Assembly: GCA_019058295.1 (NCBI GenBank)
Contig: JAHPZI010000002.1
Coordinates: 64,001 to 128,000, forward strand
DNA length: 64,000 nucleotides
Reading direction: 5' to 3'
Origin: Promethearchaeota archaeon
GTDB taxonomy: Archaea > Asgardarchaeota > Lokiarchaeia > Sigyniarchaeales > SOKP01
The translations under genes and the position numbers were made by a program. The notes beneath the pieces are model-generated. The model was not told the origin of the DNA. It searched no databases and saw only the letters and a list, made by a program, of their open reading frames with translations. How positions within the stretch are numbered: position 1 is the first letter of the stretch; each line of letters begins with the position of its first letter. Of this stretch, positions 43,586 to 53,997 are shown in pieces.

Positions 43586-46500
43586 TTATGCTTCCTCCTT
43601 TGCTTTTTTAGGTTTATCGCCTGTCTTACTTAGTGGACCTAATTGTTTTATTTGATTAACAAAGTCTATAACGACTTCAGAGAATCGCTTTCCCTCGCTT
43701 GCTGACACCCATTCAAGGCGGAAACGATTAGGATCAATCCCTACCTTTCCAAGAATTTCATTTATTTCATTATATCTCTGCAATGTGTCGTAATTTCCTT
43801 CTAAATAGTGGCAATCTCCAAGATGGCAACCTCCGATTAAAACTCCATCAGCACCTTCCAAAAATGCTTGTAAGATATAACTTTTCGGTAGTCTTCCAGA
43901 ACACATCACTCGAATTGGTCGGATATTGGTGGGATATTGAAATCGACTAACCCCGCATGTATCAGCACCTGCATAACTACACCAATTACATAAAAAGGCA
44001 ACTATACGCGGTCTTTCATCTACAAATTCACCCTTCAGTGCTTCAGAAATCATAGGAGTTATTTGATCATCTGCAAAATGACTCATCGTAATTGCGCCTG
44101 CGGGACATGCAGCAGCACAATCACCACATCCTTTACATAAGAGAGGATTTGATTCAGACACTAATACGTCATTATCAAAATTAACTCCAATTGCTCCAAA
44201 ATTACACACTTCCTCACATTTCTGACATCCAATACATAAAGCTGGATTTACTACAGAAACCAATGGTTCATTCTCAACAATTCCAGCTGTCAAAGGAATT
44301 AAAGCATGAGCAGCAGCACCTCTTCCCTGAGAAATTGAATCTGCGATACCTTTTGGACCATGTGCCGTCCCTGCAAGATAGATTCCATCAGTTGCAAAAT
44401 CTACTGGCCTTAGTTTCACATGTGCTTCTAGGAAAAAGCCGTTTTGATCCCTTGGAACTTTAAGTAATTCAGCTAAAACCTTATTATCGTTTGGCTTTAA
44501 CGGAGTAGATAATACAACTTTATCAGCTTTAATATTAAGTGTGATCTGTGTTTGGATATCTTTTACTTTAACTTTAATATCACCATTAGTCAAGTTAACC
44601 TCGGGATATTCACTAAACCTAATGTAATTGACATTTTCACGAGCATCCCAATAATAATGTTCTTCATCAGTGCCTACTCTAATATCTCTATACATTACAA
44701 ATATTTTTGAGTTCGGATAATTTTCTTTCACATAAAGCGCATGTCTTATAGATTCAGAACAACAAATCAACGAGCAATAAGAACATCCCATCTCAGGATC
44801 AGTTTGCCTTGATGCCACACAATGGATAAATACCAATGTTTCTCCATCCGTTAATGTATTATCTCTTAGTTTTTCTGATAATTCTAATTGCGTCATAATG
44901 CGAGGATCTTCTCCATAATGATACCACCCTTCTGGTTTATATTCGTTGGCTCCAGTGGCAACAACAATAGCTCCAACATTTATATCGGAAACTTTATCAT
45001 CTGCTTTATTTTTAATTTTGACCTTAAAATCACCAATTGATCCTTTAACATCAATAACTTCAGAATTCAGATAGGGAATAATATTTTTAATTTCATTGAA
45101 TTCTTTTAAAGTCTCATTTAAAAATTCCTTAGAATCTATTCTATCAAAATTAATTTTATAGATAAGGTTTAAATTACCACCTAGTTTCTCTTCTTTTTCA
45201 ACTATATGTGTTTTAAATCCTTTTTTGGCTATTTCCATTGCTGCATTCATCCCTGCAACACCTCCTCCAATAACAAGAGCTTCTGGAACGACATCACCTT
45301 TGATTTTAAACTCCGTTTTTAGGAATCGCGAACGAGCAACCCCCATACGGATTAAGTCCTTCGCTTTATCTGTCGCTTTATCACGATCTTTCATATGAAC
45401 CCATGAATCTAACTCTCGAATACTCACGAAATTAAAAAGATATTCATTTAAACCAGCTTCTCGAATAGTTTTTTGAAATAATGGCTCATGTGTTCTTGGA
45501 GTACATGCTGCAACTACAACTCGATTTAGATTTAATTCCTCAATTTTCTCCTTAATAATATCTTGCGTTAAGCTTGAACAACTATATTTATTATCCATAG
45601 AAAATACTACATTAGGGAGTGATTTAGAATACTCTACTAACTCAGGTACATCGATGTAGCCACCAATATTAATACCACAATGACAAATAAAAACTCCTAC
45701 GCGGGGCTCTTCCCCTTCGCGCACTACTCTTAAGGGAGGTAATTCCACTCTTTGTTCTTCTTCTGTGAGCGGAACGGCATGTAATGCAGCTAAAGCAGCG
45801 GCTCCACTTGCTTTTGAGACAGAATTTGCAATATCATCAGGAGATTGACAAGAACCAGTCACATATACACCTTCGCGAGTTGACTGTAAGTCTTCAATAG
45901 AATTCTTTGTTTTGAAAAATCCTAGTTCATTTAATTCAATTCCTAATATTTTAGCAAAATCTTCAGTTCCCTTTCTAGGTATAACCGCATTTGCTAAAAC
46001 AACTAAATCAAACTTAGCAGTCTCGACCTCGCCCGTATCTAAATTTGCGTGTTTCACTAACAAATCGTGAGTTTCGGGATCTTCACGAATATCTCCTGGA
46101 ATTCCATGAAAGTATTTTAATTTATATTCATTTTTAGCTCGCTCAATAAATTCTTCTTGATTTTTTCCTATCACACGAGTATCGTTGAAAAAAATGGTTA
46201 CATTTGTATCAGAAGCGTGTTCTCTCGTGACGACTCCTTCTTTAGCCATGTACATACAACAAAATTTAGAGCAATAAGCACATAATGATTCGTTTCTAGA
46301 ACCTACACATCCAATAAACGCAATATTTTGAGCATGTTTTTTATCAGAAGGACGTAAAAGTTCACCTCCGGTAGGACCTGATGCACTAAGAAGCCTTTCA
46401 TATTGCATTGCAGTAACAATGTTAGGGTATTCCCCGTAATGATAACGTGAAAGGACTGAAGGATCTAATAGATCAATACCAGTAGCCACAATTATAGAGG

Positions 46501-47068
46501 CAACATTATACTCGACTACCTCGTCTTTCATCTCAAAATCTATAGCATCAGCCTCACATTCTTCTAAGCATAGTTTACAAGCACCTTTAGTTAAAAATAG
46601 GCATTTTTCAGCATCGATCGTAGCTTTTCTTGGAACAGCTTGAGGGAATGGAATGTAAATAGCTTGACGCATACCAATCCCCTCTTCAAACTCATTAGGT
46701 ATCTTTTTCATTGGACATTTTTCTGAACATGCCCCACACCCCGTACATTTATTAATATCGACGTATCGAGATTTCTTTAAAATTTTCACCTTAAAATCTC
46801 CGACTTCTCCAGCAATATCTTGAACTTCTGAATAAGTTAATAATTCAATGTTAGGATGCCGAGCGACTTCGACCATTTTTGGAGCTAGGATACAAATACT
46901 ACAATCTAAAGTCGGAAATGTTTTATCTAATTGTGCCATTCGGCCACCTACAGATGGAGATCTCTCAACTAATATGACTCGATATCCTTGTTCCCCTAAG
47001 CTAAGACTTGCTTCAATTCCTGAAATACCAGCACCGATAACTAAAATTGAACTTAATTCTTTAGTCAT
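43586..47068 (-). CDS. hdrA: HdrA (two flavin modules) fused to MvhD
   Basis: VIGAGISG..LDKTFPTLDC; second VIGGGVAG; ferredoxin motifs; C-terminal FLCNWCSYAGAD..RVMCSGR..GCHLGDCHY. Confidence 0.95.
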   Translation of the reverse strand: MTKELSSILVIGAGISGIEASLSLGEQGYRVILVERSPSVGGRMAQLDKTFPTLDCSICILAPKMVEVARHPNIELLTYSEVQDIAGEVGDFKVKILKKSRYVDINKCTGCGACSEKCPMKKIPNEFEEGIGMRQAIYIPFPQAVPRKATIDAEKCLFLTKGACKLCLEECEADAIDFEMKDEVVEYNVASIIVATGIDLLDPSVLSRYHYGEYPNIVTAMQYERLLSASGPTGGELLRPSDKKHAQNIAFIGCVGSRNESLCAYCSKFCCMYMAKEGVVTREHASDTNVTIFFNDTRVIGKNQEEFIERAKNEYKLKYFHGIPGDIREDPETHDLLVKHANLDTGEVETAKFDLVVLANAVIPRKGTEDFAKILGIELNELGFFKTKNSIEDLQSTREGVYVTGSCQSPDDIANSVSKASGAAALAALHAVPLTEEEQRVELPPLRVVREGEEPRVGVFICHCGINIGGYIDVPELVEYSKSLPNVVFSMDNKYSCSSLTQDIIKEKIEELNLNRVVVAACTPRTHEPLFQKTIREAGLNEYLFNFVSIRELDSWVHMKDRDKATDKAKDLIRMGVARSRFLKTEFKIKGDVVPEALVIGGGVAGMNAAMEIAKKGFKTHIVEKEEKLGGNLNLIYKINFDRIDSKEFLNETLKEFNEIKNIIPYLNSEVIDVKGSIGDFKVKIKNKADDKVSDINVGAIVVATGANEYKPEGWYHYGEDPRIMTQLELSEKLRDNTLTDGETLVFIHCVASRQTDPEMGCSYCSLICCSESIRHALYVKENYPNSKIFVMYRDIRVGTDEEHYYWDARENVNYIRFSEYPEVNLTNGDIKVKVKDIQTQITLNIKADKVVLSTPLKPNDNKVLAELLKVPRDQNGFFLEAHVKLRPVDFATDGIYLAGTAHGPKGIADSISQGRGAAAHALIPLTAGIVENEPLVSVVNPALCIGCQKCEEVCNFGAIGVNFDNDVLVSESNPLLCKGCGDCAAACPAGAITMSHFADDQITPMISEALKGEFVDERPRIVAFLCNWCSYAGADTCGVSRFQYPTNIRPIRVMCSGRLPKSYILQAFLEGADGVLIGGCHLGDCHYLEGNYDTLQRYNEINEILGKVGIDPNRFRLEWVSASEGKRFSEVVIDFVNQIKQLGPLSKTGDKPKKAKEEA

Positions 47069-47491
47069 ATTTTCTCAATTTTTTAATTTTTTAATTTTTA
47101 TACGAAAAAAGTTTGGAATCGACTTTTATTTTTTTACTATTTACTATAACAATCAAAATCATTAATAAATATTATTCAAAATGATTTTTTTTCGCAATAA
47201 TGTATTAATTTTTAAATAAAAATGTAAATCTTCGATCAAAAAATTCCAAGAAAATTACGAAAAATAATACTTTTTTATCTCTAATTGTTAATTGACGAAA
47301 ATGACAAAAAAATTACAATTTGAATTATTATCTGACTATTTTTAATAACATTTTGTTTTCTATTTGACTTTTTACTGAAAAATCGACTTATGCTTATATA
47401 AGAAAGATTAAAAATATGTAGTTTAATAATATATTAAAAAGAAAAAACAAAATTATTATTGAGTAACAATGATTTTTGGTGATCTTAGCAG

Positions 47492-48148
47492 TTGAAAGTG
47501 GTTGTTTCAGGTGCCTCTCAATGTGGAAAATCGGATTATATTAAATTCTTTGATAAAGATTCTATGAACGTACATGTAAAAGGACATACCGTTGCAATGG
47601 ATGTAGCATATATAAATTTTGAGGGTTTTCAAATCACATTGTTCGGCACGCCTGGTCTTTCAAGATTTAAAATAATGAGAAAAATTATTTTAAATGGTGC
47701 TGATGGAATTATTTTCATTTTTGATGCTGCTAATCCCAAATCTGATAACGATGCTATATCAGTATTAAATGAAATAAAAAATCCAAAGGTTCCAAAAGTT
47801 TATTTAGCTAATAAACAAGATTTGAAGGATGCACGTACACCAAAAATGTTGCAAACCCAAATTAAATTACCTAAAGATTGTAAAATTTTCCCGTCAAGTA
47901 CAAAGACTGGACAAAATATAAAAGAATCTTTAAAATATTTAGTATCTGAAATCTTTAAAAAATACAAAAAGCTTTTACAAATTCTCTGCAATTATGAAAC
48001 TAATATTAGAGGATTAGCAGAGAAAATACACAAGAATAAGGCTCAAATGCGCGAATTTTTATATGCTCTGGAAATTAGACGATTCATTAAGATTGATAGG
48101 GTTAATAGGGTATATCGAGTTAATGAAGTCTTAAAAAAATTAATTTAA
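47492..48148 (+). CDS. Small GTPase (MglA/ATP_bind_1-like) with C-terminal winged-helix-like tail
   Basis: GASQCGKS, TVAMD, FGTPG, ANKQD. Confidence 0.85.
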   Translation: MKVVVSGASQCGKSDYIKFFDKDSMNVHVKGHTVAMDVAYINFEGFQITLFGTPGLSRFKIMRKIILNGADGIIFIFDAANPKSDNDAISVLNEIKNPKVPKVYLANKQDLKDARTPKMLQTQIKLPKDCKIFPSSTKTGQNIKESLKYLVSEIFKKYKKLLQILCNYETNIRGLAEKIHKNKAQMREFLYALEIRRFIKIDRVNRVYRVNEVLKKLI

Positions 48149-48161
48149 GTAAAGTTAATTC

Positions 48162-49631
48162 TCACTCCGGCGGTGGTAAAATCTCTTTACTTTCAATACT
48201 AATGGTCTTAATTTCAGAAATTCTTTTTTCTAACTTAATTTGTCTGAGGTATAGCACCGCAATTAAATAAAATATTCCCGTAGATGCTAAGCAAATTGTA
48301 AGAATTTCCGAGTTTTCTTGGTTTGATCCCATAAGAATAAATCCTAATAAAAGAGAAGCTATCGCAGGGCCAACTGAAGCCATAAATGTGAGTAATCCGG
48401 TATATGCCCCTGAGATGGAGGATACAGCCTCATCTATATTTTCAGTTTCTTTTTCAATTTTTGCCGCAGCTTCATAAACTAATGCGCTATATATTGGTCC
48501 CGTAAACAATCCAAACGCGTACATAGACCCTAACACTGTACCCATAGTTACAACAAATAGAATAATCTTAAACTCAAAAGAAAGTATCTCTATCAAGAAA
48601 AAAAGCTCTAAAAACGATGCTATAACCGAAAACGCAATGCAAAGGGAGAATACCTTAATAAGTGTTTGTCTTTCACTTATTTTTTTCCAAAAATAATACC
48701 ATCCAAATTTACAGGTGAATGATACAAAAACATAAATAAAATAGTCAGTTCCTCTAAATTTAAGTACATATATTAGAAAGGGTATTATTATGAGACCAAC
48801 TATTCTGCCGGAAATCCCAGTATAGAATCCCACAGCCATAAATTTTCTGAACTTCTTATCCTTTGCAGGAATAATCATTTGATGAAAAACCATGCTAATG
48901 GATACTTTTTCTACTTCAGTTTCTAAGCTGGCTTTATGAAAACTCTCATTAACTGAGAAAAATGTTATAACTATACAAAATAATGCAAAAATAGCAAAAG
49001 TAGTTCCAATTAAAGGTATATAAAAAAGTAATATTTTACCTGAAGGCTGCCACCATTTGACATTTTGCGGATCTGGTAGTATACTTTGAACAACTAAAGG
49101 TACGAGTAAGCCTAAAATTGAAGAAATAATAAGCAAAATGGTTCCTGCTGATGCTATTTTCTGTCTGTTTTCCTCAGTTTGAGATTGTTCTGGGAACATC
49201 GATGCATGAGCTATTATAATTGATGTTCCAGCTATTGGTTTTATTATGATAATGATCCAAAAATATATTGCCGTAGGCCAAAACATTGAATTATTTTTTG
49301 GACAATACCAAGGTGGAAGCCAAAGTAAAATACTTACTACAACCCAAATTGGAAGCCCATAAAATAAATATGGTCGACGTTTTCCAAATTTTCCAGGTTT
49401 TTTATTATCAATAATGACTCCCCAAATAATCGAACATAACGCAGCAATGATCAATTGAATAGCTAATCCGATCGAAACAAGTAAAGAGTTTAAATTAATT
49501 GTATATACATAATATTGAAAGACAAATACACCACTTAACATATTTGTTAAAGAGACTCCAAAACCTCCTATAATATAGCCAAGAAGTCGTTTTCCATGTA
49601 ATTCTCGTGGGGCTATTATTGTCTCACTCAT
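48162..49631 (-). CDS. MFS transporter, GPH (MelB-like) family, paralog A
   Basis: D..PGKFGKRRPY motif, ~12 TM. Confidence 0.9.
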   Translation of the reverse strand: MSETIIAPRELHGKRLLGYIIGGFGVSLTNMLSGVFVFQYYVYTINLNSLLVSIGLAIQLIIAALCSIIWGVIIDNKKPGKFGKRRPYLFYGLPIWVVVSILLWLPPWYCPKNNSMFWPTAIYFWIIIIIKPIAGTSIIIAHASMFPEQSQTEENRQKIASAGTILLIISSILGLLVPLVVQSILPDPQNVKWWQPSGKILLFYIPLIGTTFAIFALFCIVITFFSVNESFHKASLETEVEKVSISMVFHQMIIPAKDKKFRKFMAVGFYTGISGRIVGLIIIPFLIYVLKFRGTDYFIYVFVSFTCKFGWYYFWKKISERQTLIKVFSLCIAFSVIASFLELFFLIEILSFEFKIILFVVTMGTVLGSMYAFGLFTGPIYSALVYEAAAKIEKETENIDEAVSSISGAYTGLLTFMASVGPAIASLLLGFILMGSNQENSEILTICLASTGIFYLIAVLYLRQIKLEKRISEIKTISIESKEILPPPE

Positions 49632-49720
49632 GTCTTGTTAAATATGGAATTAATTATTATCTTTATGATTCTGAAAAGGTAAAATGTTAAATTATTAAAA
49701 AAGCGAGTATTTTAATCTTT

Positions 49721-51190
49721 TTATACTGGTGCAACTGTTCTCGAAATCTTTTTACTTTCAATAGTAGTATCAATGTCAAATATACTTCTTTCTATTTTAA
49801 TTCGTCCAAGAATTAACATACTAATTAAGTAAAATATACCCATGGAACATAAACATAGAGTAATAATTGTAGGATTCTCTGAATTTGGCCCCATAAGAAA
49901 AATCCCTACCATAACAGTAGCAGAGGCTTGACCAACCGACATCATAAAACTCATTATTCCTAAATAAGATCCAGAAAGTTCGGAGACCGCTTTATCCTTA
50001 TCATTATTTTCAACTTTATCTGCAGCTTCGTAAATTAAGATAGCTGATAATGGCGTTGCAAACAATCGAAAGGAATATATACTTCCAAGCACTGTGCCTA
50101 TAGTTATAACAAATAGAATCATCTTAAACTCATAAGAAAGTATATTAATTAAAAAGAACACCTCTAAAAATGATGCAATAATGGAGCTAACGATGCATAG
50201 CGAATACATCTTAATAAGGGATTGTTTTTCTTTTTCAAGAATCTTTTTCCAAATAAAAAACCATCCAAACTTACAGAAAATTGAAATAAGAATATAAATA
50301 TAAAATTCATTTCCCTTAAATCTTAGCACAAAAGCAAGAAAAGGTATCACCAAAATACCTAAGATTCTGCCTCCAATACTATTAAAATATCTTACAGCCA
50401 GATACTTTCTATACTTTTTATCCTTGGCAGGAATTACCATTTGTTGAAAAGTAGCCAAAATTGATTTTTTTTTCATTTCAGTGTCTAAAGAGGTATTATG
50501 AAAGCTCTCATCTACAGAAAAAAATGTTAAGATTAATGAAATTACTCCAAAAATAGCAAATGCGATGCTTATCAATGGCATATAAAAAAGAAGTACTTTT
50601 CCAGAAGGCTCCCACCATTTAACGGCGGTTGGATCCTCAAGAATGCTCTGAATGATCAATGGGAGTAAAGTAGCCAAAATTGAGGCAATGATCGTGAAAA
50701 GAGTATTCATTGATGCTACACTTTTTCTGTTATTGTGCGTTTGAGACTGTTCAGGTAGCATTGATATGTGGGCTGTCAAGATTAAAGTCCCTGATATTGA
50801 ATTTAAAATGATTACTACACAAAAATAAATCGCTGTAGGCAAAAAAATTGAATTGTTCTTTGGACAATACCAAGGAGGGAGCCATATTAAGATACTAGTT
50901 AAAACCCAAATAGGTAATCCATAGATTAAAAAAGGTCGACGTTTTCCGAATCGCCCCGGCTTTTTATTATCTGTCATTACTCCGAATATAATTGAAAACA
51001 CCGCCGCGAGAATTAAACGAATAGCAATACCGATAGAAACAAGTAATGAATTTAAATTGACTGTGTAAACGTAGAATTGAAAGGCAAATACGGAAATTAA
51101 GAGATTAGTTAAAAATAGTCCAAAAAATCCTACAGAATATCCAAATAATTTTGTTCCATGTAATTCTCGAGGTTGTATTATCTCACTCAT
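49721..51190 (-). CDS. MFS transporter, GPH family, paralog B
   Basis: D..PGRFGKRRPF; start MSEIIQPRELHG matches paralog A. Confidence 0.9.
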   Translation of the reverse strand: MSEIIQPRELHGTKLFGYSVGFFGLFLTNLLISVFAFQFYVYTVNLNSLLVSIGIAIRLILAAVFSIIFGVMTDNKKPGRFGKRRPFLIYGLPIWVLTSILIWLPPWYCPKNNSIFLPTAIYFCVVIILNSISGTLILTAHISMLPEQSQTHNNRKSVASMNTLFTIIASILATLLPLIIQSILEDPTAVKWWEPSGKVLLFYMPLISIAFAIFGVISLILTFFSVDESFHNTSLDTEMKKKSILATFQQMVIPAKDKKYRKYLAVRYFNSIGGRILGILVIPFLAFVLRFKGNEFYIYILISIFCKFGWFFIWKKILEKEKQSLIKMYSLCIVSSIIASFLEVFFLINILSYEFKMILFVITIGTVLGSIYSFRLFATPLSAILIYEAADKVENNDKDKAVSELSGSYLGIMSFMMSVGQASATVMVGIFLMGPNSENPTIITLCLCSMGIFYLISMLILGRIKIERSIFDIDTTIESKKISRTVAPV

Positions 51191-51314
51191 GATGTGTAAA
51201 ATACACAATTAAATAATATCTTTTTGATTCTGAACAAGAAAAAGTCTATAAAAAATGGATTGAATTTATATATTCTATAAAAGTGTTAAAAAACATAAAT
51301 TATATGTCTAATTA

Positions 51315-51635
51315 TCAAAATTCATTAAATTCTTCTTTCAAAATACTTTTATATTCAAGTTCTTCATCTATGGATTCATCATCTTCAGATTCTGAGTATT
51401 TATCACATGGAGATTCTTTATCAAAAATCGTTAGAAATAATATTATTAAATTAGAAATATTGACATAGCAATCTCGGCAATTTTTATATTTAAATAATTC
51501 ATTAACAAGCTCAGAAATTAATTTGAATTTACATTTCTGAACTTTTTCCTTATCTAATTTGTATAATTCATGAAATCTAAGGGTACTTTCCAATTTTTTT
51601 AGATATTTTTTCTCACAAAATTGTGTCGAATTCAA
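51315..51635 (-). CDS. Hypothetical protein
   Basis: 106-aa ORF, TTG start after purine-rich GGGATGA. Confidence 0.55.
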   Translation of the reverse strand: MNSTQFCEKKYLKKLESTLRFHELYKLDKEKVQKCKFKLISELVNELFKYKNCRDCYVNISNLIILFLTIFDKESPCDKYSESEDDESIDEELEYKSILKEEFNEF

Positions 51636-51827
51636 TTATCATCCCTTTCTTATTTAATATCATTCTGAGTTTTTAATATCCACAAATTCATCAAAATCAA
51701 GATGAAACCTAGTAATTATTTTTAAATTAAAAAAAAAGATTAAAAAAAAGAATAATATCGTAGTATCACACGAGAGTAAGTCCTTTATTAAAAAGAAAAT
51801 GAATTAAATTTTTTCCAAAGGATTTAT

Positions 51828-53744
51828 TTATAAAAATTCCTCGGGAGATATTTCTTCTTTTTTATATTTTTCTTTAAGACTTAAAAGTTTCTCTCTTTCA
51901 TCATAAAGTATAGTCCAGAAAAATTCAGGAACGTTTTCTTCTTTCTTGAACATCGTTTCTATTCTTTCTAACTTTTCTAACATTTTAGTCACTCGAATTG
52001 CAAATTGTTCCATGTATTCTTCCTTGGTATAATCTTTCTCCAAATATTCGTTAAACAGTTCTTTCAAATCCTCATATTTCGGAATGTACCCTACTGGCGT
52101 CTCAATTGCCTCAAAATCTCCATGAAATCGTCCTTCTGCCCAAATAACCCAACATAACTTATCTAACATGCCGTTTAAATACTTACCATCCTGATTTTTA
52201 AGAAAATAATTAGTGGCGAACACTCTAGGGCAATGTTCTAACGAATTTCCAAATATCTGATGATTTTCTAAATATTTCCGTAGTGGTATTACAATGAAAT
52301 CTAAGTTGGCCATTGGCTGCTGTACCCTTACTCCAACTGCCCCAAGAGTTGCGGATGTTGTTTCTGATTCAATAGACGCCCCCAAAAATATACCATGTTC
52401 CCAATTAAGGCTTTCAAGGATCGGTGGCATTGTATCACTATCTCTTCCACCATAGAAGATACCATGGACAGGTACACCATCTGGATTATGTAAATTTTCG
52501 TCAGCATTTTTTAATTCCTCGATTCGAAGAGTATATCTTGCATTTGGATGAGCATGCGGAATTTCTTTACCATCCTTATCTTTCTTCCCCTTATACCATT
52601 CTCCTGAAAAATTTTCACCCTTATCGGGAATTTGCCTTCCATCACCAATCCAATAAGGTGTTCCTTCTTTTATTAATACATTTGAGAAGATTATTTCTCT
52701 AGGATTAGTAATAGCATCCCAAATATATGGATCATCTTCAGGATTTACATCTCTGATAATTCCAAAAAGGCCTTGCTCAATATTGACAACATGAGCATAG
52801 CCATCGTCCCATGGTCTGAGGTAAACGATGTCATCCCCTAGTACGGTTTGTCCAGGGAGCATTGCTGTGCTTGTTTTACCACATGCACTTGGATACGCTC
52901 CACAAAAGTATGACACTCGATTTTTTCCTTTAGGATGAACTCCTAAAATGAAATAATGCTCTGTCAACCAATCTTCATTATTAGCTTGGTTAATTGCTAG
53001 CCTTAATGCAAGCTTCTTTAAACCCAAACTATTACCAGCATATTGATTATTTACCGATAAAACGCGATCTTCGTTTAAATCTACATAAATCCTACGTTTA
53101 TCTAAATTTTTTGAAACTGGAGGATTTCCTATAAGCTCTCCAGAAGAATGAATGAAATAAAAGAAATCATTAGAACCATTCAACTTTTTAAATTCCTCAT
53201 AAGCTTTTCGATATAAAATATCCTCACTATGACATACATAAAGGGAATCTGTCAATTGCAATGCAAGAATTGAAAATTTAGAGTTAATAGGACCTAAACA
53301 AAAGAATCGAACAATACATTCGTTTCCTCTCATACAACCATCCATTATTTCCAAAATCTCTTTCAACCCTTCATCTCTGTCAATAGTATTAATCCAAGGA
53401 CTTTCATATTCACCTTTCGGGACCAATATTCTTGTGTTTGTTTTATCTCTGGCTTGATCGTGATAACCCATTGTAGAGAACGCATCGTAATGGATTGTAT
53501 GGCCATCTATGGATAATTTAGCTTCTTCACCAATTTCGATTGCCCTTTGCCTTACATAATCAATATCTTCTTGGGAATCAGTAATCACGGTAACTTTGCT
53601 GGGTTTACAAAGAGATACAAATTCGTTCACAATCTTTAAAACGTGCTCGTTATTCAAAGCATATAGTTTATCGAGACTCTCTTGGTCTATAACATCAGAG
53701 TCAATATTGATCGACAAATCTTTTACTCCATACATTCTGATCAA
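51828..53744 (-). CDS. pckG: Phosphoenolpyruvate carboxykinase (GTP)
   Basis: PSACGKT, GDDI, HPNARY, YGGRD. Confidence 0.96.
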   Translation of the reverse strand: MIRMYGVKDLSINIDSDVIDQESLDKLYALNNEHVLKIVNEFVSLCKPSKVTVITDSQEDIDYVRQRAIEIGEEAKLSIDGHTIHYDAFSTMGYHDQARDKTNTRILVPKGEYESPWINTIDRDEGLKEILEIMDGCMRGNECIVRFFCLGPINSKFSILALQLTDSLYVCHSEDILYRKAYEEFKKLNGSNDFFYFIHSSGELIGNPPVSKNLDKRRIYVDLNEDRVLSVNNQYAGNSLGLKKLALRLAINQANNEDWLTEHYFILGVHPKGKNRVSYFCGAYPSACGKTSTAMLPGQTVLGDDIVYLRPWDDGYAHVVNIEQGLFGIIRDVNPEDDPYIWDAITNPREIIFSNVLIKEGTPYWIGDGRQIPDKGENFSGEWYKGKKDKDGKEIPHAHPNARYTLRIEELKNADENLHNPDGVPVHGIFYGGRDSDTMPPILESLNWEHGIFLGASIESETTSATLGAVGVRVQQPMANLDFIVIPLRKYLENHQIFGNSLEHCPRVFATNYFLKNQDGKYLNGMLDKLCWVIWAEGRFHGDFEAIETPVGYIPKYEDLKELFNEYLEKDYTKEEYMEQFAIRVTKMLEKLERIETMFKKEENVPEFFWTILYDEREKLLSLKEKYKKEEISPEEFL

Positions 53745-53787
53745 AATTATTATTGAATCGTTAATATATTTTTTAAAAAATTTTTAG

Positions 53788-53808
53788 ATCCACATAAAAT
53801 ATGTGGAT
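53788..53808. promoter_or_regulatory. Inverted repeat upstream of pckG
   Basis: ATCCACATA-AAA-TATGTGGAT. Confidence 0.55.
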
Positions 53809-53997
53809 AATTATTTAAAAAATTTATGGGAACCATAAAAGATTTCTAAGATTTTCATCAAAAAATGAACATTTTTCAAAATATTATTTTCTCATATTAA
53901 AACTTATTGTTTCACATTGAACAATTTTTTATAAAAAAATAAAATAATGGGGAAAGATTGCAAAATTAATAGGAATTGATTTTAATTTATATTTCGA

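Noticed and set aside
43586-47068. Selenocysteine in HdrA/MvhD
   Set aside because: ORF is uninterrupted and the relevant motifs are Cys-encoded; no in-frame TGA
51660-51720. Possible 19-codon minus-strand peptide (IITRFHLDFDEFVDIKNSE)
   Set aside because: No canonical start at its beginning and too short to support without homologs
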